The notes under the pieces: generated by a model
Database searches by the model: none
Told to the model about the DNA's origin: nothing
The model's input: only the letters and a program-made list of their open reading frames with translations
Source of the DNA: an uncultured virus (IMG/VR IMGVR_UViG_3300035396_000150)
Taxonomy: Duplodnaviria; Heunggongvirae; Uroviricota; Caudoviricetes; Crassvirales
Direction: 5' to 3' (one strand)
DNA length: 64,000 bases
Virus record (IMG/VR): IMGVR_UViG_3300035396_000150
Span: 1 to 64,000 of that record
Shown: positions 37,400-46,816 of the stretch, one piece after another
Numbering within the stretch: position 1 is the stretch's first letter
How the letters are laid out: each line of letters starts with the position of its first letter
Position numbers and translations under genes: made by a program

Positions 37400-40341
37400 T
37401 ATCCACAATTAGGGTCAGTGTCTGTTGTAAACAAGTTACCATTGTTATCTACATGTAATTTAAACATCTTAGTTGCATCGTCGGCAGACCTTATATATAA
37501 CCCTCCTGTAGAATTCTCTACAGCTCTTATTAATATATTATCATACCAAGTACAACTCTCGACTCTTTTATCCAATTCTATTTGTAAACTAGTTACATCA
37601 GCTATCACATGTGTATGTGCTGCTAAATCCCATCTTTGAGACGGAGTTAATTTTCCATCTATACCTAACGTTGCAATAGACACCCCTGCTTGAGAATCAT
37701 CTAACTTAGAATCAAGTGCTGCCTGAAGTCCATTTATATCTGGTATACTATGAACCAATGAGTCGTAGGCATTTATCTTTAAATCTATTAACGCCTGTAA
37801 TGCTGCTATATTAGTCTCAGGAACTACTTCAATAAATTGACCGTCTCTCTTTATCAGAATATTCATATAAATATCTGAATTCACATCTCCTCTTATTCCA
37901 ATATCGCCTGTCAAATCTCCGAGATTAGTTTCACCGAGTCCGCCAACCCATCCCTTATATGGTTGTAGTTCTACTTTCTTAACTACAAAATCATCTAACC
38001 AAGTCAAATCAGACTTATCTATTTCAAGGCCTTCATTTATTATTCTCAAGCCTCCTAAAGGTACTACCTTGACTTGAAGCTTATCTAAAGTCTCATCCAT
38101 AAATAAAGCCCCATTATCCTCATCTGCTATATTTCTATGTAGGTGCTTTCCTTGTACTCCGTGAATAGTCAATGTGACTTCACCTAAGTTATTATACATT
38201 AGAGGATTTATAACTACATCAGTAGTATCTATCTTAACATAGAACTGGCCTGTAGTGTCATTTTCTTTTTCTAATCCTTTAGTTTCATTAGCCATATTAC
38301 TATGGATATGCTTAGCTTGTACTCCTAATGTGAGACTATCTGTCTCCATTACTTTAATTATAGGACTATCTAATGATGTTAAAGTAAGCTCGTCTGACTT
38401 TACATTAACTCCTTTTATATCAACTTCTATAGCATCTCCGGGTTTTACATATATATTCTCAAATGTATCAGTTTCATGTATAACTCCGAGTGGGTGATTT
38501 AATGAATTAATTAACCCTGTTTGTATAGCTGTTGTAGGTGTAATTAAATCGGTTACTTTAACAGTAGCAAATTTAACCATCTCTCCATCTGTAGTTAAAG
38601 GAACTAATCCATTTCTACCCTTATCAGTATGTATTAAACCATCACTCAATAAAGGCTCCACATCTACTTGTAAGTCATCATATAAGTCTGTAATTGATGT
38701 GTATGCCTTAAGACCAACACCGTCAAAATCAGACACCTTAACTATAATCGGATCCTCTTTATATCCTGTACCTCCAACAACACCTTCCTCTAAACCGTCC
38801 CCAAAACTACCATCTTTAAGGTGTGCGGGTTCTATGCTATTTATCTTTACTCCTAACTTATATGTAATCTCATCCATGTATATAGTACTTCCATCACCAG
38901 CAGGAACTTCTAAATCCACATAGTCCTCCATATACAATCCGTTAAACTTTGTTATAGCATAGTCTTCTGTAGGTGCCATCTTGTATACAGGAGCAGCTAT
39001 ATTAGTCATTAAAATCCAACCTGCCTTAGTACATACATAAACATTACCCCTGACTCCCTCTCCTGTCTGACCTACTCCTGCAGCCTCTCCGGGATATCTT
39101 GTATCCACTACAGCAACAATAGCCTCTATACCTCGTGCTATTATATTATGTCTTAAATCTATTCCGGTATTGCCTACTGTAAGATTACCATCTATAGTAC
39201 CAGAAGTCAATCTTCGAGTCAGTTTAATACCGCTTCCTATTCCTTCTTCGTGGTAGTCAATAGGAGATGGTACTGCAAGTATTGCATTAACTTGTTCATC
39301 TACTGTATGTGCTCCCCTATTAACTCCTGCAGTCACGTTGCCTAATGCCACTACTGAACCGGCAGCAGTACCTGTAACAACCAATGCCAACACTCTATTA
39401 TCTCCAGATTCCCCTGCACCTATAGGAGCATCTACATAGAAAGACGAAGCCCCAAATGTAATACCTCTATATCCAGCACCCAAACTAATAGCCAACGTGG
39501 CTGCTATATTTGATACTGTTTCAAGTCCTGTTGTAGTATAGATTGCTATTGGATTACCATCTACAGTAACTGTAAATGTATTACCTATTGCACCTGTATT
39601 ACTTATAGTAATAGATCCTCTTGATCTTACCTCTTCTCCTATATAAACTACACCATTAGGTAAATCTTGCGGGTCTATCTCAGTAAATACTACAGTCTTT
39701 CCCGCATAAGATAATGTCTTTTCTCCTACTACAGGACTATAAAGTACAATATCATCTACAGAAAGTACACCTTCAATTGAATCGGTACCGTCAGACTTAC
39801 CCAAAGTTAAAAATGTACTACCAATTCCACTGCAAGTAGTAACTACGGGTCTTGCATTGGGATTACATGAATTGCAAGTAGGTTGTGTATGCTCATGTTT
39901 AGTATTGCAGTTAGGTCTATGATTCAAATAACCTGCAGCATCTATCTTAAGTCCTTCTCCTTTGTCTCCTGTATCTCCTTTAGTTCCTCTTAATTCCTCT
40001 AAATCAAATAACTGCAGATACTTAGTATCTGGTTCATCTATGTACTTTTGATATAACTTTCTATCCTCTACTTTAAACATAGGTATTCTGCCATCTTCAG
40101 GTACAATCTTCATTGGCTTCTGTGGATACTCATCTCCTGCGTGTCTTACTTGTCTCCATTTATGTCCCGGTAACATCTCTGATAAGTTATTAGGATTAGG
40201 GTGAGCAAGAGGCTCAAATTCAGATTCCCACACTATCCCATTACCACTATATAAAATCTCTTCTATATAGATGTATTTTCCGTTCTCAAACAAGAATACA
40301 CCTTTATCAAAGTATCCTTTGTTTATCTGCATTAAACTCAT
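37399..40341 (-). CDS. Tail hub/fibre protein
   Basis: 980 aa. GTKGDTGDKGE collagen-like stretch, Cys/His cluster, HSIPDINGLQAALD and HTHVIADVTSLQ fibre repeats. Confidence 0.65.
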   Translation of the reverse strand: MSLMQINKGYFDKGVFLFENGKYIYIEEILYSGNGIVWESEFEPLAHPNPNNLSEMLPGHKWRQVRHAGDEYPQKPMKIVPEDGRIPMFKVEDRKLYQKYIDEPDTKYLQLFDLEELRGTKGDTGDKGEGLKIDAAGYLNHRPNCNTKHEHTQPTCNSCNPNARPVVTTCSGIGSTFLTLGKSDGTDSIEGVLSVDDIVLYSPVVGEKTLSYAGKTVVFTEIDPQDLPNGVVYIGEEVRSRGSITISNTGAIGNTFTVTVDGNPIAIYTTTGLETVSNIAATLAISLGAGYRGITFGASSFYVDAPIGAGESGDNRVLALVVTGTAAGSVVALGNVTAGVNRGAHTVDEQVNAILAVPSPIDYHEEGIGSGIKLTRRLTSGTIDGNLTVGNTGIDLRHNIIARGIEAIVAVVDTRYPGEAAGVGQTGEGVRGNVYVCTKAGWILMTNIAAPVYKMAPTEDYAITKFNGLYMEDYVDLEVPAGDGSTIYMDEITYKLGVKINSIEPAHLKDGSFGDGLEEGVVGGTGYKEDPIIVKVSDFDGVGLKAYTSITDLYDDLQVDVEPLLSDGLIHTDKGRNGLVPLTTDGEMVKFATVKVTDLITPTTAIQTGLINSLNHPLGVIHETDTFENIYVKPGDAIEVDIKGVNVKSDELTLTSLDSPIIKVMETDSLTLGVQAKHIHSNMANETKGLEKENDTTGQFYVKIDTTDVVINPLMYNNLGEVTLTIHGVQGKHLHRNIADEDNGALFMDETLDKLQVKVVPLGGLRIINEGLEIDKSDLTWLDDFVVKKVELQPYKGWVGGLGETNLGDLTGDIGIRGDVNSDIYMNILIKRDGQFIEVVPETNIAALQALIDLKINAYDSLVHSIPDINGLQAALDSKLDDSQAGVSIATLGIDGKLTPSQRWDLAAHTHVIADVTSLQIELDKRVESCTWYDNILIRAVENSTGGLYIRSADDATKMFKLHVDNNGNLFTTDTDPNCG

Positions 40342-40895
40342 ATTATAAATTTAGGTTCAGTTGTTATTGATAATACTCTCTTCAATTCGTTCAGCTTCTT
40401 ATTAGCTTCAAAGGAATCATATATCTCTGCTGTATTCTGTATAAGATTAGCATATAAAGACATTGCTTGAAAGTACTTTACTATAATATTTATTTCTTTT
40501 GTACTTGTGTTTAACTTAGTTAAATCCTCTAATGGGTAAGGTAGTAACTTATATAACTCTGCCAACTTCTCCTGTACTTCAGTTACTATTAAACAAGATA
40601 CATTAAATTCATCAGTATTATTAATCCTGAATACGAAGTTGTAAGCACCATCAGGTATCCTTACATTCTTAGGCAACCCAAGTGTATTGGAATCTATCTC
40701 ATATATCTGATTTTCTATCTTCTTTGTGAACATATAAGGGAGTATCTCTAAGTCAAAGACATTCGTAGGTATAGACTCGCTTATAATATTCATTCTAATA
40801 CTTGTTATCTTTCTTGGTAATCCTGATATACTACGTCTTGTAATATCCATTACTATTAATCTGTAATCATTTAATTCTATTATTTCAAATTGCAT
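40338..40895 (-). CDS. Putative tail hub protein
   Basis: ~185 aa. Likely ATG at 40895 (MQFEII). IPDGAYNFVF motif is typical of crAss tail hub proteins. Confidence 0.5.
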   Translation of the reverse strand: MQFEIIELNDYRLIVMDITRRSISGLPRKITSIRMNIISESIPTNVFDLEILPYMFTKKIENQIYEIDSNTLGLPKNVRIPDGAYNFVFRINNTDEFNVSCLIVTEVQEKLAELYKLLPYPLEDLTKLNTSTKEINIIVKYFQAMSLYANLIQNTAEIYDSFEANKKLNELKRVLSITTEPKFII

Positions 40896-40902
40896 ACATA
40901 TC

Positions 40903-40940
40903 AAAAAAAGGGGCGTTATATGCTAACATACAACACCCCT
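40903..40940 (-). terminator. Rho-independent terminator after the capsid block
   Basis: Minus strand reads AGGGGTGTTGTATG-TTAG-CATATAACGCCCCT followed by a T-run. Confidence 0.8.
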
Positions 40941-40957
40941 ATTAATTATATAAATAA

Positions 40958-42337
40958 CTACAAATCAATACCGGAATTAAATACACCAGAACAAGTCAAG
41001 GACTTACCCTCATTGTTAGTTATATTAGTTCCTGTTGCTATCACTTCAGAAGCAACCATAAAGGTATTAAGTATATTTAAGAAACTGCCTATAGTACCTA
41101 CTGTATCTGCACCTGTTCCTTCAATTATATTAGTTCCTAAAGCAGTACCTGCAGCATTAGCTTTAATATCAGCATAAGTTCCTCTATCCACAAACACTAC
41201 TACTTCTTTAATTGCTCCATTAGATTCTAATATGTTGATTCTATCATGTGAATGAAACTTAATATTAACAGAAGAATAACCGTGTCCTGTTTGTGTTTCT
41301 TGTACGTAACTTGAATAATTTCTATCGTTGTCAGTACTGCGTACGCTGCCTTGATAGTAGAACTCTTCAACTGATACAGGCTCATGGCGTCCATTACCTA
41401 TAAGCATTTCAAATCCTGTACCCCCATTAGTGAATGTAGTAATACCAAATCCTTCACGTTGTACGTGTGCAAATGCTTTTACATAATCACCATTACGGAA
41501 CTCAAACGGAAACAACACTCCTTCAAATACAATACCGTAATTACCTGTAGTCAAGTCAGCTATTTTAGTAATTGCTATTGCTGATTGATTGGCATTTTGG
41601 TAAGGTATATTGATAGTTACTACTTTATTTACAGTATCTACATATTCTACTTTGTATATACTTGCAAATTCATCTCGATAAGGAGTTCCTGTCAATCCTG
41701 GTACTTTAATAACATCACCTACAGCCGGAGTACCTCCTGTATAGCTTATTGCTTTAGAGCCTTTAATAACCTCACAACCAGTTAAAGAACCAGCACCAGT
41801 CTCATTACTTATTACATTCACTTTCATTGAAAGGAATCGTGAGTTCTCTATAATAGTTGCATACTGTTCTGCAATACCATTAGCTATATCCCATTGATTA
41901 GCTGCCGTAAAAGGACTTCTATATGCTAATTTATGCAACTTGCTTTCTTCGCATACTGCATTTCCTACGTTATCATATTCAAGTGTTACTGAATATACAT
42001 TATCGTCAAATACTGCAATACTTCCTGAAGTACCGTTATAACCTAATACAACACGTTGTTCTTCTGATTGACTAAACTTGAATCCTTTAAATGATGCTAC
42101 CTTACCTTTCTCAATCAAATCTGATATATAGTATCCGCCTCCTGTGATACCTTGTACTAATCTAATAGCTTTAGCGGCTTTAGCTTCGGCTATAGTCTTA
42201 ATTAATTTACCTGTATCGCTCAATACGACTACTTCTCCTGCTCCTATAGTAGTATACAGATTAGAAGCTGTCAAAATTGATGTTCTTGCACAATTACGTG
42301 CAACAAATACCTTTTTAGTTTCTATTTGTGAGTGCAT
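40958..42337 (-). CDS. Auxiliary capsid / major structural protein (crAss gene 73-like)
   Basis: 459 aa, beta-rich. Located three to four genes after the MCP and followed by a terminator, matching crAss-like synteny. Confidence 0.6.
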   Translation of the reverse strand: MHSQIETKKVFVARNCARTSILTASNLYTTIGAGEVVVLSDTGKLIKTIAEAKAAKAIRLVQGITGGGYYISDLIEKGKVASFKGFKFSQSEEQRVVLGYNGTSGSIAVFDDNVYSVTLEYDNVGNAVCEESKLHKLAYRSPFTAANQWDIANGIAEQYATIIENSRFLSMKVNVISNETGAGSLTGCEVIKGSKAISYTGGTPAVGDVIKVPGLTGTPYRDEFASIYKVEYVDTVNKVVTINIPYQNANQSAIAITKIADLTTGNYGIVFEGVLFPFEFRNGDYVKAFAHVQREGFGITTFTNGGTGFEMLIGNGRHEPVSVEEFYYQGSVRSTDNDRNYSSYVQETQTGHGYSSVNIKFHSHDRINILESNGAIKEVVVFVDRGTYADIKANAAGTALGTNIIEGTGADTVGTIGSFLNILNTFMVASEVIATGTNITNNEGKSLTCSGVFNSGIDL

Positions 42338-42585
42338 TATTTATTTTTTATTTTAGTTACTACTTCAACTTTTACTTCTTCTATCTCAGCTTCTACTTTA
42401 TCAGGAGTTGCTTCAGTTACTACTTCCTTAGTAGCTTCTTTCGGTATTTCTTCTCCAAACATAGATGTAACACTTTCCATCCCATTGACTTTAGCTATCA
42501 ACTGATTAACAGTATCAACTAATAAATTAAATCTGCTCCCATCTATATATGTCTTAGGGTCTATCTTATTGATTTTCTTTATCAT
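42337..42585 (-). CDS. Small hypothetical protein
   Basis: 82 aa. FNLLVDTVNQL motif plus an E/V/K-rich tail; overlaps both neighbours. Confidence 0.5.
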   Translation of the reverse strand: MIKKINKIDPKTYIDGSRFNLLVDTVNQLIAKVNGMESVTSMFGEEIPKEATKEVVTEATPDKVEAEIEEVKVEVVTKIKNK

Positions 42586-43447
42586 CTTTATCGGCTAATT
42601 GAAATTTAGACTGTTCAGGTATTCTACCTGTTATTGCTTTTAATACTGCCTTATCCACTATTTCAGTATGTACTGAAGGATGCAGTTCGCAATTCTTCAT
42701 GTTTGCTGGTGTTATTGTATCTACTAATATTCTATTAGGTCTTTTTATATAGTGCATATTATATGATTCTACAGTCCAGTCCTTACCGGGTATCAGTAAC
42801 CCGCTTCTATAAGTAGTAAGCATCTTTGTAACTCCTGTCATATTTGCATTATATCCAGACAATTGATGTTTTGTAGATGTTGTACTTCCTCCTGTACCTG
42901 CAGGTTTATATGTGCCATTATCTAATCTCCATACCTTATTATAATAAGGACTTAAATATACGTTATATATCTTTGCATAATAGTCTTCATATGTAACTAC
43001 TTCTATCGGTACATTGTGCTTTATTTCAGCACCTTTACTTGTACCACAAGTATCAGCTATTATATACAAACACTCATCAGGTATAGAAAAGAACACACCA
43101 TAATCAGTTTCTACTTGTGGCAGTCCACCAATATCACTACTTGATTGGTAGTCCAAATCTGGAGTAGGTAATGCCCCGTTATCTGCAGTACCTAATACAA
43201 AATCACCACTTGTTCTTTTCAATGTAACGTGAGAAGTTATAACACCAGCAAGGTCTAATCTTCTCTTTACATCAAATTCAAATCCTTTTTTCTTTATATT
43301 CATATCGGGAATAAACCGTTCTGTTATCCACTCGTCCATAGCTTCATTCAACAGTATTGTTCTTTCCCTATCATCGAAGTTTATGAGGTTATAGTTAGAA
43401 GACCCAAGTCTCCTAACTAATTCAGCCCCCATAGTATTAGCGTCCAT
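42566..43447 (-). CDS. Ring / head-tail adaptor protein (crAss gene 74-like)
   Basis: 293 aa. GFEFDVKRRLDL and YIKRP...CELHPSVHTEIVDKAV motifs. Confidence 0.7.
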   Translation of the reverse strand: MDANTMGAELVRRLGSSNYNLINFDDRERTILLNEAMDEWITERFIPDMNIKKKGFEFDVKRRLDLAGVITSHVTLKRTSGDFVLGTADNGALPTPDLDYQSSSDIGGLPQVETDYGVFFSIPDECLYIIADTCGTSKGAEIKHNVPIEVVTYEDYYAKIYNVYLSPYYNKVWRLDNGTYKPAGTGGSTTSTKHQLSGYNANMTGVTKMLTTYRSGLLIPGKDWTVESYNMHYIKRPNRILVDTITPANMKNCELHPSVHTEIVDKAVLKAITGRIPEQSKFQLADKDDKENQ

Positions 43448-44311
43448 CTATTTTAGTGCAGCTTTAAATTTAATATATTCTTCCTGCTTACTGTTATTAG
43501 TACTTAAATCCTTAATATAAGCAATTACCTCTGCAATTCCATTACCTACCTGTCTGCCATCTCCCATACCTAAATTATAAGTATATCCATTTCTGTTAAT
43601 TACTCCTCTTCGCATAGCTCTGTATAATACACCCTTTACCTTAAAGTCTACATCTTCTACTATCTCTATAAACTTCTTAGGATTACTATCAACAAAATTA
43701 AACAAAGTAGCCTTAGCTGTATGGTCTGGCATTTCATCAGGTACAAACTTAGTATCACCACTATAGATAACCATTAGACACTCAATAGTCTTATCTTTAG
43801 ATTTAGATATTTCAGAGAATAAATTGCTTGCCTTAATCTTAGAATCAATCAACTCTGACTTATTCTTATCCATCTCTTCTTTATTCTCTATGTAAAACAA
43901 ATACTGTTTGTCTAATCTATTCTCAAATGTAGGTGATATATCTTCTGTATTGCTTAATAGAATCTTCCACTTAATAAAATCAACAGGATTACTTAATTCA
44001 AGTACAACTTCATCATTACCAAGTTCTACTTTAAATCCTCTATTACCTGACCATGCATTCTCTTTTCTTGCATAAGCAGATAACCAACCTTTCGGTCTTG
44101 AACTATCCATTAGATTCTCTAAATACTCTCTCTCTTCTTGAGTTAATACTTCTTTTATAGTATTATTAGCAGTAAGTGGTGCACAATAAGTACAGTATGA
44201 ACCTTCAAATCTAACATGTCCATTCTTTCCTTCTGGTATGTGCATAGCATTATTCTCTGCTACAGGTCTTACTATAACTACCTTATTTTGTAAACAACTT
44301 TTAACGTCCAT
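43448..44311 (-). CDS. Conserved crAss-like protein downstream of the MCP (gene 75-like)
   Basis: 287 aa. LELSNPVDFIKWKIL motif; synteny. Confidence 0.65.
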   Translation of the reverse strand: MDVKSCLQNKVVIVRPVAENNAMHIPEGKNGHVRFEGSYCTYCAPLTANNTIKEVLTQEEREYLENLMDSSRPKGWLSAYARKENAWSGNRGFKVELGNDEVVLELSNPVDFIKWKILLSNTEDISPTFENRLDKQYLFYIENKEEMDKNKSELIDSKIKASNLFSEISKSKDKTIECLMVIYSGDTKFVPDEMPDHTAKATLFNFVDSNPKKFIEIVEDVDFKVKGVLYRAMRRGVINRNGYTYNLGMGDGRQVGNGIAEVIAYIKDLSTNNSKQEEYIKFKAALK

Positions 44312-44322
44312 TTATATACTTA

Positions 44323-45774
44323 TTATTTTAAAATATTAGGTCTGTAAATCATTGTATTGTTAGGATTCTTAACAACAACCATAAATTGGCTCATACGTGA
44401 TTCAGTCCAACCGTCTTTCAATGAAGCTACTTCATCTTTAACATAAGCACCTGTAGGGGTATAAGGACTTCTCAAACCTTTAAGTACTCCTGTAATATCT
44501 TGAGCTGATTTTACATAATTCAATTTGATATTACTTTCTCCTGATGTTTGTCCTAAATCCATTATATGATATTCATATGAACGTGCATATCCTTTAGCAG
44601 GGTGTCGTACAGGTGTTCTGTACTCATCGTCTAACATAGGATCTACTCTAAAGTCAATATAAAATCCAGATGGGTGCATATAGCGTTTAAATGAATTACC
44701 ATAACCCATATTCTCATTAGTTCCAAACACTACTTTGTTATCTACTAATGTCCAACCTTGTGCTTTCTCTGCAATAGCATTGTGTGCTTGTAAGGCACCA
44801 TAAGTACCTGTACTTACTACATAATGTGTTTTATCTGTCGATTTCTTACCTACTCGTAGTCGTAAGATATGGTCAGAGAACTCATCAATGTCAAATGTAT
44901 TATAGTAGTTCAAGTTAGCTCTTTCCATTTGTTGAACTAAACCAGGACCCTGTATAATCTTTTCTCCTGAGTGTCTATCGACATCATCATAACCACCTGT
45001 CTTATTCATGTTATCTCTACCCCACAAGATAGTCTTATTCTTCAATTCACGGAAATGTAAATCATTAACCCAAGTATCATAATGTTCCCAAGTAGTTAAT
45101 GTATTACCTTTATCGTCTTTCCATGAGAAAGCTACAGGTCGATTAGCCATATCACCACCAGCTTCTCGCTCTGTACGTGTAGAACTCCAATTGAATGTAA
45201 TAGCATATGGTGAAGTATGGTATGCTTTAGCACCTTTCATTGAACGTGTCAATGGTACAGAAGCTCCGTCTCTGCTCCATAGTGTACCGGCTCTCAATTC
45301 AGAAGCAGGTATAAAGCTATCAGCCGGTCCAAATACCTCACATAAGTAAGCATAATTAGTACCCTCTTGTGCTGGACCATCAATTACTTTAACTCTGTAA
45401 CGGTCATTCATACCAACAATCTCATGTACTTCACTGAACAGCGGGTCCGCAAACACCATAGTAAATCGAGATTTACCAAGTCCTGCACGATTCATATCGT
45501 CAGCTCTATATGAAGTTAATTTAGTATTACCTTTAGATTCACCATATACTCTATAGTTAATTGGGTCATCAGAGTCCATTACTTCTACATTGTTACCTAA
45601 AGCTTTCTTTAAGTATTCTTCCATAGCCATACCAGATGAATTAACTGATTGTACGTAAGTCAGTGTCTCATCTGCCCATTTAGGCTCAATAGCTCGTATC
45701 TTTAACAAGTTATTCTTAGTTGTTAAACCACTCCAACCGGGTTCAGGTCTAAATAAAATACCGTTGTAATTCAT
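44323..45774 (-). CDS. Major capsid protein (crAss-like, HK97 fold)
   Basis: 483 aa. WSGLTTKNNL N-terminus, GPGLVQQME, STGTYG and DPMLDD motifs; follows the portal and putative scaffold. Confidence 0.88.
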   Translation of the reverse strand: MNYNGILFRPEPGWSGLTTKNNLLKIRAIEPKWADETLTYVQSVNSSGMAMEEYLKKALGNNVEVMDSDDPINYRVYGESKGNTKLTSYRADDMNRAGLGKSRFTMVFADPLFSEVHEIVGMNDRYRVKVIDGPAQEGTNYAYLCEVFGPADSFIPASELRAGTLWSRDGASVPLTRSMKGAKAYHTSPYAITFNWSSTRTEREAGGDMANRPVAFSWKDDKGNTLTTWEHYDTWVNDLHFRELKNKTILWGRDNMNKTGGYDDVDRHSGEKIIQGPGLVQQMERANLNYYNTFDIDEFSDHILRLRVGKKSTDKTHYVVSTGTYGALQAHNAIAEKAQGWTLVDNKVVFGTNENMGYGNSFKRYMHPSGFYIDFRVDPMLDDEYRTPVRHPAKGYARSYEYHIMDLGQTSGESNIKLNYVKSAQDITGVLKGLRSPYTPTGAYVKDEVASLKDGWTESRMSQFMVVVKNPNNTMIYRPNILK

Positions 45775-45778
45775 TCTT

Positions 45779-46816
45779 TTAGATGTTTAAATTTAAATTA
45801 GATAAAGGTGATGCGTACTTACTATCTGTCTTATTACTACCAGATATCCTTGAATTTTTATATGCATTTTCTAAATTCTCTACTGCTTTACTTACTTCCG
45901 CCTTATGCGGTTCTGCTTTTGTTCCTATTTTCTTTGTCATTATAAAATAATTAATTTCAGCTAATAATAAGGGGTCCTCCCTAAGACTCCTCTCTAAATA
46001 AGATAGAGGCCTCTTGATGCCATTCTCTTCGATAACATCAACAGGCTCTATTACACTTTTTATAACCTTCTCTTTAAGGTCTGCATTCATAGCATATCTG
46101 GACGCTAAGCTGTTGTTTACATTAGCTTTGGTATCCTCAAGCCATTTATTATAAGCACTCAACTGTTCCTGTTCTCTTCGTTTAGTATCTTCTTTTACTT
46201 GTTCTATTTCTTTAGTTCGTTTACTAATAAGTCTTTCCTTTGCTATCTTACCTTCCATTTTAACTGAATCTGTATCCTCTGCCTGTTCTATTCTCTTAGC
46301 TATGTACTCTTCAGGATATCCCTCCAATCTTAGATTCTCTGCTATTATCTTCTTATAAGTTTCTGCATCTGACTTATCATTTAACTTATTAAGTTCTGTA
46401 AGTGTTAATACTGATTCCTTTACTTGTTTCAAATCAACCCCTTCAGAAGACATATCAATCATAGACCTTACTTCTTCTGGAAGTGTTTGTTTATATCTAT
46501 TTATAATCTCTTCATCTTTAACATCAAAGATATTAACTAAATCTTGATAACTATTAATATTATCAGCAGTATCTAATACCTTATTCTCTACAAGTAAAGT
46601 AGCAAGCATTTTAGGTACATTAGCTACTTCCTCAACTTCTTGTTCTTGCTCTCGCTCGTCATCTTTTATTTCAGGAATACCTCCTTCCTTAGCTGCAGAC
46701 TCTACATCAGAGATCGGTTTCTCCTCTCTAATAGGAGAATCGTCTGGATTAAGCTCTACACCTGTCAATTCATTTAATGAATCATCAGACGTAATTAAAT
46801 CATTCTCTATTGTCAT
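45779..46816 (-). CDS. Putative capsid scaffolding protein (crAss gene 77-like)
   Basis: 345 aa acidic, helical protein between portal and MCP. Confidence 0.6.
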   Translation of the reverse strand: MTIENDLITSDDSLNELTGVELNPDDSPIREEKPISDVESAAKEGGIPEIKDDEREQEQEVEEVANVPKMLATLLVENKVLDTADNINSYQDLVNIFDVKDEEIINRYKQTLPEEVRSMIDMSSEGVDLKQVKESVLTLTELNKLNDKSDAETYKKIIAENLRLEGYPEEYIAKRIEQAEDTDSVKMEGKIAKERLISKRTKEIEQVKEDTKRREQEQLSAYNKWLEDTKANVNNSLASRYAMNADLKEKVIKSVIEPVDVIEENGIKRPLSYLERSLREDPLLLAEINYFIMTKKIGTKAEPHKAEVSKAVENLENAYKNSRISGSNKTDSKYASPLSNLNLNI

